A program made the translations under genes and the position numbers. A stretch of DNA of 32,000 nucleotides, from contig OY970071.1 in NCBI GenBank assembly GCA_963705375.1, forward strand, positions 840,001-872,000. The letters run 5' to 3'. Positions 17,194 through 25,866 of this stretch are shown in pieces (within the stretch, counting starts at the first letter, position 1; the number at the start of each line of letters is the position of its first letter). The notes under the pieces are model-generated. The model did no database searches, was not told the origin of the DNA, and worked only from the letters and a program-made list of their open reading frames with translations. The stretch comes from Candidatus Saccharimonadota bacterium. GTDB taxonomy: Archaea > Micrarchaeota > Micrarchaeia > Micrarchaeales > Micrarchaeaceae.

Positions 17194-18498
17194 ATGAATT
17201 ACAATATGTGCGGGCATGAACTAATGCACAAACATACTGGTATTGACGACAAGGCTGCGTATGCGTGTCTTGCAGTGATTATCTTTATCGGACTCGCACT
17301 TGCGGCCTTCTTTTATTCCGGACCTCTTTATCAAATGGACGATGGCTCCCTGATATCAATAGCAAAAAGCATGCTTGATGGCAACTTCAACATACTATCA
17401 AACACCTTTGCGTTCAGCTACCTGCCATCTGCACTAATATATCTTTCTTTTATGGTGTTCGGTGTCAACACATTTTCAACAATACTGCCTTCTGTGCTCG
17501 AATACGTGGCATTGATAGTTCTCGCATTCTTGGTCGGCAAGACCCTATTCAACAACGAGGTTGGCCTTCTTTCAGGAATACTGATAATCACGATGCCAAA
17601 TGTGTTGGGATTTGTCACGCGTGTGGTTCCTGATATGCTGCTTGGCGTGCTTGCAGGATTAATCATGTACGTGCTTGCACAGTCCATAAAACACAACGAG
17701 CGTGCCCCAAGGTTGTGCTTCTCCGCAGGACTAATATGTGGCTTGATGGTATTTGTGAAGTTTGGAGGTGTCGGTCTTGCAATTCCCATTATTATCGCAA
17801 TGCTGATGTTCAACAGGAAGCTCGTTATTCCATTTGTTACTGGATTGGCGTTAAGCCTGCTAGTTTACACCCTATCTTTCTACATGCTGAGTGGATGGAA
17901 AACCAGTATTTTTTCTGCAATCGAAGAATACAGCCAGGGTCAGATCGGCTTGACAGAATCTAATCTTATGGTCAATTATGTAACGATGCTGGATGTCATA
18001 ACCGGTCCTGTTTTCGCACTGCAGATTCTGCCTTTCGGGCTGATACTCTTATTCATACTCGTTTCAACATACATCACGTTCAAGAATCGTGACAATTGTC
18101 TTGCATATCCTGCATCAATGTTCTGGTTTACTTTCTTCTATCTGTTCTTCGGTACAGAATCGCTGCATGGCTACGTTTCAATAACTGTGGTGACAAGGTA
18201 CTTCTTGCTCGTTTCAGTACCTATGGCGTTGCTTGCAGCTTATCTGCTTTTTGACATGTATGTCGTGTCTCTACGTCTTCGAGGCAAAAGAATCGCACTA
18301 GGCGTACTGGTGTTATTGTTGGCGCTGATTCTAATTTCAAACATACCTGCGTATACGGCCGTCTATACCTACAAGCTTTACATATTGCGTAGCTATGTGT
18401 CTTTACTCTGGTGTTCTAGTGCGATTCGATGCGCAGATGGAGGTGTCTTCACGTCGCTAATATTGAAGAGATTGCATAGTCTGAGTTGGTGGATTTAG
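17194..18498 (+). CDS. GT-C fold glycosyltransferase-like polytopic membrane protein (ArnT/PMT, GT39/83-like)
   Basis: 434 aa with at least 10 hydrophobic helices. The first loop has an acidic motif (LYQMDDGSLISIAKSM) of the kind typical of GT-C enzymes. Confidence 0.5.
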   Translation: MNYNMCGHELMHKHTGIDDKAAYACLAVIIFIGLALAAFFYSGPLYQMDDGSLISIAKSMLDGNFNILSNTFAFSYLPSALIYLSFMVFGVNTFSTILPSVLEYVALIVLAFLVGKTLFNNEVGLLSGILIITMPNVLGFVTRVVPDMLLGVLAGLIMYVLAQSIKHNERAPRLCFSAGLICGLMVFVKFGGVGLAIPIIIAMLMFNRKLVIPFVTGLALSLLVYTLSFYMLSGWKTSIFSAIEEYSQGQIGLTESNLMVNYVTMLDVITGPVFALQILPFGLILLFILVSTYITFKNRDNCLAYPASMFWFTFFYLFFGTESLHGYVSITVVTRYFLLVSVPMALLAAYLLFDMYVVSLRLRGKRIALGVLVLLLALILISNIPAYTAVYTYKLYILRSYVSLLWCSSAIRCADGGVFTSLILKRLHSLSWWI

Positions 18499-18544
18499 AG
18501 AACAAAGTATTTCGCGGAAAATGCCCTGCGCGCACAGTGCACGA

Positions 18545-18958
18545 TCACAAGGACTTTGTTTCTTTGTCTACTTCCTTGTGCTCATACAGAAACACGGCCT
18601 CCTTTAAGGTTCTAAGCGAGAGCGTGGCGCACTTTAGCCTTGCAGGTCCCGGATCTATGCCTATGATGCCTATGATTGTCTTCACTCCCATCACTTCTAC
18701 ATCCTTCAGACTTTTGCCCTTCACAAAGTCTGTAAGCATGCTTGCGCTGGCTACGCTTATAGCACAGCCCGTACCTTTGAACTTTGCATCAACGATCGTG
18801 TCTTTGTCGAGCTTCAGATACATTGTTACGTCGTCGCCGCATGAGGCGTTGTAATTATGGAAGCTCGTGCTTGCGTCCTTCATTATTCCTGAATTGTGCG
18901 GATGCTCGTAATGCGAGATTATCTCCTCTGCGTATAGGTCGAGTGCCATATCATTCAA
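18545..18958 (-). CDS. sufU: SufU-type Fe-S cluster scaffold / sulfur acceptor
   Basis: Has NASCGDD, GTGCAISVASASM and ARLKCATL motifs. Its start overlaps the sufS stop by 8 nt. Confidence 0.85.
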   Translation of the reverse strand: MNDMALDLYAEEIISHYEHPHNSGIMKDASTSFHNYNASCGDDVTMYLKLDKDTIVDAKFKGTGCAISVASASMLTDFVKGKSLKDVEVMGVKTIIGIIGIDPGPARLKCATLSLRTLKEAVFLYEHKEVDKETKSL

Positions 18959-20216
18959 CCTTGAATGTTTTCTTCACAAGTTCTATTGCCTGTACGGCTT
19001 TGTCTATTTCTGACTCTTTGTTATAAAGATAGAAGCTCATCCTTGATACTGCGCTCTCTTCCAGCACCTGTTCGACAAGCGGCATTGCGCAATGATACCC
19101 TGCCCTTATTGCTATGCCTTCACTGTCGAATATCTGCGAAACATCATGCGGATGCACATTATCTACAGAGAAAGATATCACGCCGCCCCTGCTTTCTATG
19201 TCCTCTTTACCAGGACCATACGTCTTGACGTGTTTGATTTCGCCAAGTTTCTCAAGCGCATATTTTGTGACCATTTTCTCATGTTCCCGTATGTTCCTCA
19301 TGCCGATGTCGTTAAGGTAATCTATCGCTGCGCCGAATCCTATCCCGCCGGCAATGTCTGGTGTTCCTGCCTCAAATTTCCAGGGCAAGTCATTCCAGGT
19401 CACTTCATCGAACGTCACGCTCTTTATCATGTCCCCGCCGCTTAAAAACGGGTCCATCTTATCAAGGATGTCAAATTTTCCGTACAGGGCTCCGATGCCC
19501 GTTGGGCCGAGCATTTTGTGTGCCGAGAGTGCAAAGAAGTCACAACCGATCTCTTGGACGTCTACAGGCATGTGCGGGGCTGATTGTGCCCCATCGACCA
19601 GCACAACGGTTCCGTGCTCGTGCGCAATTTTTGTTATGCGCTTAACGTCGTTTATCGTCCCAAGGACGTTGGATACCTGTGTCAATGCCAATATCTTTGG
19701 CTCTTTCTCAATCTGCTCTTCGAAGCTTAGCATGTCCAATTTTGTTTTGCTCTCGTCCAATTTAACGTAATCGAGCACTGCCTTGTTTCTCTTCGCAAGA
19801 AGCATCCATGGCACAAGGTTGCTATGGTGCTCCATCTGGGTCACCAGTATGTGGTCTCCCCGCTTTATGTTCGCACTGCCCCATCCAAGCGCGACTATGT
19901 TTATCGCCTCTGTCGTGTTTCTTGTGTAGATTATCTCTTGCATGCTCTTTGCATTTATCAAATTGGCGAGCTTCTTTTTTGAATCGGTGTAAGCGTCTGT
20001 AGCTTCAACAGCGATTGCGTATATGCCTCTGTGGATGTTTGCATTGTAGGTCCTGTAGTAGTTTGAGATCGCATCTATTACCCTATTCGGCTTTTGCGAA
20101 GTCGCTGCGCTATCCAGATACACAAGAGGTTTTCCATTCATTTTTGTGCTCAATATCGGAAAGTCAGACCTTATTCGTTCGACGTCGAAAGCCCTGTGCG
20201 TGTTTTCCTGTTTCAT
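18951..20216 (-). CDS. sufS: cysteine desulfurase, SufS (class II)
   Basis: Has HRGIY, SAHKMLGPTGIG (PLP lysine) and RAGYHCAMPL (catalytic Cys loop). An ATGA overlap links it to the sufC stop. Confidence 0.9.
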   Translation of the reverse strand: MKQENTHRAFDVERIRSDFPILSTKMNGKPLVYLDSAATSQKPNRVIDAISNYYRTYNANIHRGIYAIAVEATDAYTDSKKKLANLINAKSMQEIIYTRNTTEAINIVALGWGSANIKRGDHILVTQMEHHSNLVPWMLLAKRNKAVLDYVKLDESKTKLDMLSFEEQIEKEPKILALTQVSNVLGTINDVKRITKIAHEHGTVVLVDGAQSAPHMPVDVQEIGCDFFALSAHKMLGPTGIGALYGKFDILDKMDPFLSGGDMIKSVTFDEVTWNDLPWKFEAGTPDIAGGIGFGAAIDYLNDIGMRNIREHEKMVTKYALEKLGEIKHVKTYGPGKEDIESRGGVISFSVDNVHPHDVSQIFDSEGIAIRAGYHCAMPLVEQVLEESAVSRMSFYLYNKESEIDKAVQAIELVKKTFKVE

Positions 20217-20962
20217 CTAGAACCATCTCCTTTTATGTATGACTCGTATCCCTCCTTTTCAAGCCTTTCTGCAAGATCGTGGCTGCCTGACGCTACAATA
20301 CGTCCGCCTACCATCACGTGTACCCGATCCGCATTTATGTAATGCAATATTCTGTTGTAGTGCGTTATTATTAAAAGACCCATATTGTTCTCTTTTGCAA
20401 TCTCGTTTATCCGTGTGGATACGGCTTTTACTGCATCGATATCAAGCCCAGAATCCGGCTCATCAAGTATTGCTATCTTAGGCCTGAGCACTGCCATCTG
20501 GAGTATCTCTGATTTTTTCATTTCTCCACCAGAAAATCCCTTGTTGAGGTGCCTGCCTATGAATTCTTCGCTCATTTTCAGTGACGACATGTTGCTCTTG
20601 AGTTCCGTCATGAACTCTTTTGTCCCTACAGTCTCCCCGCCGAGTGCCTGCCTTGCGCTGTGCAAGAAGTTTATGAAGCCAACACCCTCTATCTCTACCG
20701 GATTCTGGAACTGCAAGAATAGGCCTAGTTTAGCCCTCTTGTCCGTATCGAGCTTCTTTATGCTCTTTCCATCCACCAATATGTCTCCGCCAGTCACCTT
20801 TGTTTTTGGATATCCCATTATCGCCTTCGCAAGCGTGCTCTTGCCTGAGCCGTTCGGTCCCATTATTATTTGTATGTCTCCCTCTTTGATTGAAATGTCT
20901 ATTCCGTTTATGATCTGCTTTCCGTCGGCCTCGACGCACAACCCTTTTATTTCAAGTTTCAT
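20213..20962 (-). CDS. sufC: Fe-S assembly ATPase SufC
   Basis: Has Walker A GPNGSGKST, the ABC signature FSGGE and Walker B ILDEPDSGLD. The start is taken at MKLEIKG (20962). Confidence 0.9.
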   Translation of the reverse strand: MKLEIKGLCVEADGKQIINGIDISIKEGDIQIIMGPNGSGKSTLAKAIMGYPKTKVTGGDILVDGKSIKKLDTDKRAKLGLFLQFQNPVEIEGVGFINFLHSARQALGGETVGTKEFMTELKSNMSSLKMSEEFIGRHLNKGFSGGEMKKSEILQMAVLRPKIAILDEPDSGLDIDAVKAVSTRINEIAKENNMGLLIITHYNRILHYINADRVHVMVGGRIVASGSHDLAERLEKEGYESYIKGDGSR

Positions 20963-20967
20963 AGCAT

Positions 20968-21285
20968 TCACCGCTTTGCAAGCACACAATCTAACTTCGC
21001 ATTATCCTGGCACATCTTGCACATGAGCCTTCTGCTTCCTTCCGTATCTTTCGCTTTGAGTAATGCGATAAACTCCTTGACGGCCTTTCTATCCATCTTG
21101 ACTCCGGAATAGTGCTTCTCCCCATCCTTTATGTATTTGCTTATCGCGGCCTGCGTCACTCCAAGCAAGGTTGCTGTCTGCTGCTGCGTCATTCCCTGCT
21201 CCTTTATCATCACGTTCGCTGCTCTAGACTTGAAAGCAGGCATGACTTTCCTCAACATCTTGTCATAATCTTCTAATACGCTCAT
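20968..21285 (-). CDS. XRE-type HTH transcriptional regulator with C-terminal C-x2-C-x8-C motif
   Basis: 105 aa. The HTH is MTQQQTATLLGVTQAAISKYIK. The C-terminus is CKMCQDNAKLDC. It is packed tightly between sufD (9-nt gap) and sufC (5-nt gap). Confidence 0.7.
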   Translation of the reverse strand: MSVLEDYDKMLRKVMPAFKSRAANVMIKEQGMTQQQTATLLGVTQAAISKYIKDGEKHYSGVKMDRKAVKEFIALLKAKDTEGSRRLMCKMCQDNAKLDCVLAKR

Positions 21286-21294
21286 ATCATCTCC

Positions 21295-22467
21295 TTATTT
21301 TTCAAACTTTTCATTTATCATAGACTTTGTCAATTCCTTTGCCGTCTCATTATCGATACTTTCAATGTACTCTGAAAAGAAACCGCCCACTATGAGCTTT
21401 TTTGCTTCATCACTGTCCATTCCTTTTGACATAAGGTAGAACACCCCTTCAGGGTCTATTGGTGCGGTTGAAGACGAATGTGAAGCTTTGACGTCATTTT
21501 GGTCAACAGACATGTCCGGAAGGCTATCTACCCTGGCTCCTTTGTCGAGCAGAATGCTCCTTTCCTTGATGTAAGAGTTTGCCATCCTTGCGCCATTATC
21601 TATCTTTGCGTAGCCTTTCAAAATACATAATGCTGTGTCCATAAGTGCCGTCCTGGAATGCAGGTTGGTGTAAGTATTCGGCGCCGTGTTCTCCATCCGC
21701 GTATATATGTCGAACTTCTGTGCTCCGGAACCAAAAACGAGTTCATTCACGTCTATCTTGCTATCGTGTGTGCCTGCCTCTGCAATATTCCTGGCTCTCG
21801 TGTATGATCCTCCGATATATGTGGAGTTGAACCTCAGACTAGCTGCAGCACCAAGTTTGTCTTTCAAGAAGCACAGAACGACCGTGTTGGTGTCTTCGCA
21901 GTGAACAGTATTTACCTCTGCATGAGCGTTGTCTTGAAGTGTAATTTCATGCATAACTCCGACAACTGTGTTGGTTGGTGTCGATGCGCATATTTCTGTT
22001 AGGTCTAGCCGTGCGCCTTTTCCTATTTTTACTATAACGTGCACATTGAGTGGTGTGCTTGTCGCCATAAACTGCACGTTTAGATTAACACGCGCGCTTT
22101 CTGGTATGTCTATAAATAGCGCGCTCTTGGAATGGGCATTTATGTATGCGGCATACTTGTCCCCTGTTTTGTTGTACATCGAATTTTCAATGAATTCGTT
22201 GCCAGATCCTCCAATTTCTTCTATTCTGACGATTCTATTGTTTACTTTGCACCTGTCGCCACACATTACTGCATCGAAACTCAACCCTTTTGTGTACCTG
22301 TTAGTGCTGCAGAACGTACTGCGCTTTTTTTTGTCCGGGTCGCTTATATATTCCTCAAGCTCGAAAGGAATCCTCACGTAGTGATCCTTGTATAGCTCTT
22401 CAGTTTCCTGCGGTAGGGTCTTGTAGCTATCCATTGCACCAGAAGCATAATCATTATCTTTCATCAA
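21295..22467 (-). CDS. sufD: Fe-S assembly protein SufD
   Basis: 390-aa SufB/SufD beta-helix family. The C-terminal region (DEAKKLIVGGFF) is typical of SufD. It lies 5 nt downstream of sufB. Confidence 0.8.
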   Translation of the reverse strand: MMKDNDYASGAMDSYKTLPQETEELYKDHYVRIPFELEEYISDPDKKKRSTFCSTNRYTKGLSFDAVMCGDRCKVNNRIVRIEEIGGSGNEFIENSMYNKTGDKYAAYINAHSKSALFIDIPESARVNLNVQFMATSTPLNVHVIVKIGKGARLDLTEICASTPTNTVVGVMHEITLQDNAHAEVNTVHCEDTNTVVLCFLKDKLGAAASLRFNSTYIGGSYTRARNIAEAGTHDSKIDVNELVFGSGAQKFDIYTRMENTAPNTYTNLHSRTALMDTALCILKGYAKIDNGARMANSYIKERSILLDKGARVDSLPDMSVDQNDVKASHSSSTAPIDPEGVFYLMSKGMDSDEAKKLIVGGFFSEYIESIDNETAKELTKSMINEKFEK

Positions 22468-22472
22468 ATCAC

Positions 22473-23891
22473 CTAACCTACAGACCTCGGCATTATGTCG
22501 AGCTTTATGAGTCTCTTCAATTCCAAAGAGTATTCTAACGGCAACGCCTTTGCCAGAGGCTCCAGGAATCCTAGCACAACGGTTGCAATTGCATCATCCG
22601 CACTAAGTCCTCTCGACATCAAATAGAACAGCTGGTCTTCGCTTATCTTTCCTGCGCTTGCTTCATGCGTGACTGTCGCATCATCGCATAAAACCTCCAT
22701 GCACGGCAGGGTATTTGTTTCCGAGGCCTCATCAAGCAGCAGGGCATTGCATCTCACGGACGACTTTATATTCGTTGCGTTCCTGTCCACGTGCAACAAG
22801 CCTCTGTATGTGGTGATTCCGTTGCCTGATGACACACTCTTCGAAACTATCTGTGACGTTGTATCAGGCGCCATGTGGTATATTTTTCCTCCTGAATCCT
22901 GTGTCTGACCTTCTCCTGCAACGGCCACAGATAGGACTGAGCCTTTTGCACCACGCCCCTTCAAATAAACACTCGGATACTTCTCATTGAGTTTGCTTCC
23001 TATGTTGCAGTCAGTCCATTCAACGCTCGCATCCTCATATGCGAATGCCCTCTGAGTTACAAGATTATACACGTTCTTTGACCAGTTTTGCACGGTTACA
23101 TACCTCACGTGCGCTCCTTTTTTCGCTATTATCTCTACAACTGCCGCATGCAGCGAAGCACTCAAATATATAGGTGCAGTACAGCCCTCCACGTAGGTGA
23201 CATCGGAGCCATCGTCTGCTATTATTAGTGTTCTTTCGAACTGACCTGCTTTCTCTGCATTTATCCTGAAATACGCTTGCAACGGCATCCTCACTTTGAC
23301 TCCTTTTGGCACATATATGAACGAGCCTCCAGACCATGTCGCAGTGTTTAGCGCAGCATACTTGTTGTCAGTGTATGGTACGACCGTGCCGAAATGCCTC
23401 TTGACAAGTTCTGGATATTCTCTCACGGCACCGTCCATGCTTACGAATACGACGCCCTGTGCCTCGAGCTCTTTTTTCACATGCGAATAAACAACTTCCG
23501 AATCGTACTGAGCTTCAGAACCGGCAAAAAACTTCCTCTCTGCCTCTGGTATGCCGAGCCTGTCAAAGGTTTTCTTTATCTCGGCAGGCACAGCGTCCCA
23601 CGCGTTGCTTTCTTTGTCCGTCGGCTTTAGGTAGTAATAAATGTCGTTGTAGTCCACCCCGCTAAGGTCCCCTCCCCATCTGGGCACTGGCATTTCCATA
23701 AAACGCCTGTAACCTGCAAGCCGTTTCTCCAGCATCCACTTGGGTTCGTGTTTTATGTTTGATATTTCTCTTACTACGTTTTCTGATAGTCCCTTCTTCG
23801 TTATGTGCTTGTACTTGACTCTGTCCTTGAATCCGTATTTCTTTGCGTAGTCTCGATTCATCGGTCCTGCGCAGCCGTTAGTGTTTTGCAT
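22473..23891 (-). CDS. sufB: Fe-S assembly scaffold SufB
   Basis: 472 aa. Has KYGF near the N-terminus and FYLMSRGL plus IVLGFLEP-type C-terminal motifs. An alternative start lies at 23861. Confidence 0.9.
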   Translation of the reverse strand: MQNTNGCAGPMNRDYAKKYGFKDRVKYKHITKKGLSENVVREISNIKHEPKWMLEKRLAGYRRFMEMPVPRWGGDLSGVDYNDIYYYLKPTDKESNAWDAVPAEIKKTFDRLGIPEAERKFFAGSEAQYDSEVVYSHVKKELEAQGVVFVSMDGAVREYPELVKRHFGTVVPYTDNKYAALNTATWSGGSFIYVPKGVKVRMPLQAYFRINAEKAGQFERTLIIADDGSDVTYVEGCTAPIYLSASLHAAVVEIIAKKGAHVRYVTVQNWSKNVYNLVTQRAFAYEDASVEWTDCNIGSKLNEKYPSVYLKGRGAKGSVLSVAVAGEGQTQDSGGKIYHMAPDTTSQIVSKSVSSGNGITTYRGLLHVDRNATNIKSSVRCNALLLDEASETNTLPCMEVLCDDATVTHEASAGKISEDQLFYLMSRGLSADDAIATVVLGFLEPLAKALPLEYSLELKRLIKLDIMPRSVG

Positions 23892-23900
23892 AGTATGCCT

Positions 23901-23917
23901 TTATAACTGAGTTATAA
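23901..23917. promoter_or_regulatory. perfect palindrome in the suf promoter (candidate operator)
   Basis: TTATAAC-TGA-GTTATAA has 7-bp arms and a 3-nt spacer. It lies 10-26 nt upstream of the sufB ATG and overlaps TATA-like sequence. Confidence 0.35.
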
Positions 23918-24035
23918 TCTATATGATAGGCCGAGTCCCTATATAAACTTTGTGCCGCTGTAATCATGCGCGCTTATTTTGTAGGTCGGCAAACTTAACC
24001 GAAAACATATATACGTTCAGGTAATATGTGATACC

Positions 24036-24545
24036 ATGAAAGGCGTAAGTGTTTACAAAAACAAGTCTTTCTGGATAGAGAGTAAGCATCTGGCAAGGAA
24101 GGGCCGCTCTAGGCTTTTTTACACGCTTCATAAAAAATCAGTCGTGCACATGCTGCCTATATTAAATAACGGCAGCATAGTGCTTGAAAAGCAATTTCGG
24201 GTTTCACTAAATAAGTACATATATGAGATCCCTGCTGGACACATAGAATTAAATGAAAATCCAAAAGACGCAGCATCAAGAGAATTAAAGGAAGAAACGG
24301 GCTACACTTCAGGCAGAATGTCTCGCATCATGTCTGTATACGCGTGTCCCTATATTCTTGATGAGACGTCCTACATCTACCTTGCTTGTGATCTAAAGAA
24401 GGGTTCGCGCTCGCTTGATTTCGGGGAAAAGATCGGCCTTGTTGAAGTGACGCTAGACGAGGCATTGCGCATGATAAAGAGCAACAAAATATCGGATGCA
24501 AAGACTATCGCCACAATACTTTATTATAAAGAATTTATTGTATAG
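24036..24545 (+). CDS. NUDIX hydrolase (ADP-ribose pyrophosphatase-like)
   Basis: An intact Nudix box: GHIELNENPKDAASRELKEETGY. Confidence 0.8.
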   Translation: MKGVSVYKNKSFWIESKHLARKGRSRLFYTLHKKSVVHMLPILNNGSIVLEKQFRVSLNKYIYEIPAGHIELNENPKDAASRELKEETGYTSGRMSRIMSVYACPYILDETSYIYLACDLKKGSRSLDFGEKIGLVEVTLDEALRMIKSNKISDAKTIATILYYKEFIV

Positions 24546-24567
24546 GCTGCCCAAGCCAGAGCATTTG

Positions 24568-24608
24568 TCTGCAAACCGCAATTGGTTCGGGTTTGCAGAA
24601 CATTTTTT
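24568..24608 (+). terminator. stem-loop plus T-run terminator between convergent genes
   Basis: TCTGCAAACC (24568-24577) pairs with GGTTTGCAGA (24590-24599) and is followed by TTTTTT at 24603-24608. Confidence 0.45.
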
Positions 24609-24612
24609 ACTG

Positions 24613-25674
24613 CTACTTTAGCCTGGACTTGATAAAGTCTACTGCTGGCACTCTACTCGGTTCGACCCCGCGCATTATCGCAAGGTAGAATGTGACGTAC
24701 TCTAGATAGTATACCATGGACAGCATCATGCCTAGGTACTGGCCACGCTCGTATGGTGCTCTTATCGTCTTGATGTCCCTGTCCTTCAAAAGGTCCGACA
24801 AGATGCTCTGTCTGAGTTTTATCTCTGCAGGGTCGTCTTCGAGATCGAGCATCACTACTTTGTAGTCTTTGCGTTTCTCTACCGGGGCATCGAAAATGTC
24901 TACAGTGTTGTGGAACGCCTCTGGTACATGGTTGAATGTTGCGTTCATCTTGCTTGTTTCATTTAGTGACTGCCTGAACCTTTCCCCTGCGGCGGTGGTC
25001 CTCCTAGATGAAAGTATTATCGGTGCTGCGCATTGTGCAATCTCATTAGCGAGCGTTATTGACTTGTTGGCCTCTGATACGCTTCCAGCATTGCCTTTTA
25101 CTGCTTTCATAGCTTCAATCGATTCGCGCAGCACCTTTTCATCCATGCTGATGATTCCATTCGTGCTGAGCAATCTGAGTGCTGCATACAGCATTGCCGG
25201 CATTGACACACGCGGACTTCCGAGAGCTCGTGTCTTTACATGTATCTTTCCGTGCGACTGTGAGAACGCTTCAAGCAAGCCTCCAGAGCCTATTGTCACA
25301 TAAGGTATTCCGCGCTTCTCGGCCATCGCTATGGCAGAAAGCGTCTCCTGCGTGTTGCCGCTGCAGCTTATGCCTATGACAAGTGAGTCGGCACCTGCCC
25401 ATTCAGGGATTTTGTCATCCTTCAGCACTGTAAACATGATTTTAGAGTTGCTCTCATCTGAAATTGCTTTCAGCATGTCCCCCGTTATTCCGGAACCGCC
25501 CATGCCCACGACTATTATTCTGCTCGGCTTTGCGTCTAGACGCAAACCGTCCACGCTCGCCCATGCGTTCTCTGCGAGCTCTGGCCAGCGGTCAAGGTCC
25601 GCTTTCATGTTGAATTTGTCTATCTCCTGCAATCTCTCGGCCAATTCAGTTACCTCCTGTTTTGAGTAGGTCAT
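24613..25674 (-). CDS. bifunctional phosphoglucose/phosphomannose isomerase (SIS-domain, archaeal PGI/PMI type)
   Basis: 353 aa. Two SIS-like halves with IIVVGMGGSGITG and VIGISCSGNTQET motifs. Length and layout resemble the Thermoplasma/Pyrobaculum PGI/PMI. Confidence 0.7.
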   Translation of the reverse strand: MTYSKQEVTELAERLQEIDKFNMKADLDRWPELAENAWASVDGLRLDAKPSRIIVVGMGGSGITGDMLKAISDESNSKIMFTVLKDDKIPEWAGADSLVIGISCSGNTQETLSAIAMAEKRGIPYVTIGSGGLLEAFSQSHGKIHVKTRALGSPRVSMPAMLYAALRLLSTNGIISMDEKVLRESIEAMKAVKGNAGSVSEANKSITLANEIAQCAAPIILSSRRTTAAGERFRQSLNETSKMNATFNHVPEAFHNTVDIFDAPVEKRKDYKVVMLDLEDDPAEIKLRQSILSDLLKDRDIKTIRAPYERGQYLGMMLSMVYYLEYVTFYLAIMRGVEPSRVPAVDFIKSRLK

Positions 25675-25866
25675 GATTTTATCTTCTATTTCAGATTATT
25701 TAATATCTCCTGTTGTGCTGTGCCGCTTCGTTAGAAATTCACTCCAGATTGACTTAAAATAAAAGTCTGCTCACTATCAAAAAACATATCCGACTAACGC
25801 TCTACCAGACACAACATAATTATAAACTTTGAGCTCATAGTTCGAATTACTACTTTTGGTGTTTGG

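Noticed and set aside
18486-18854. 122-aa plus-strand ORF
   Set aside because: It lies antisense to sufU, whose motifs are unambiguous.
20385-21026. 213-aa plus-strand ORF
   Set aside because: It lies antisense to sufC and the HTH gene. Its composition is Ser/Phe/Pro-rich shadow sequence.
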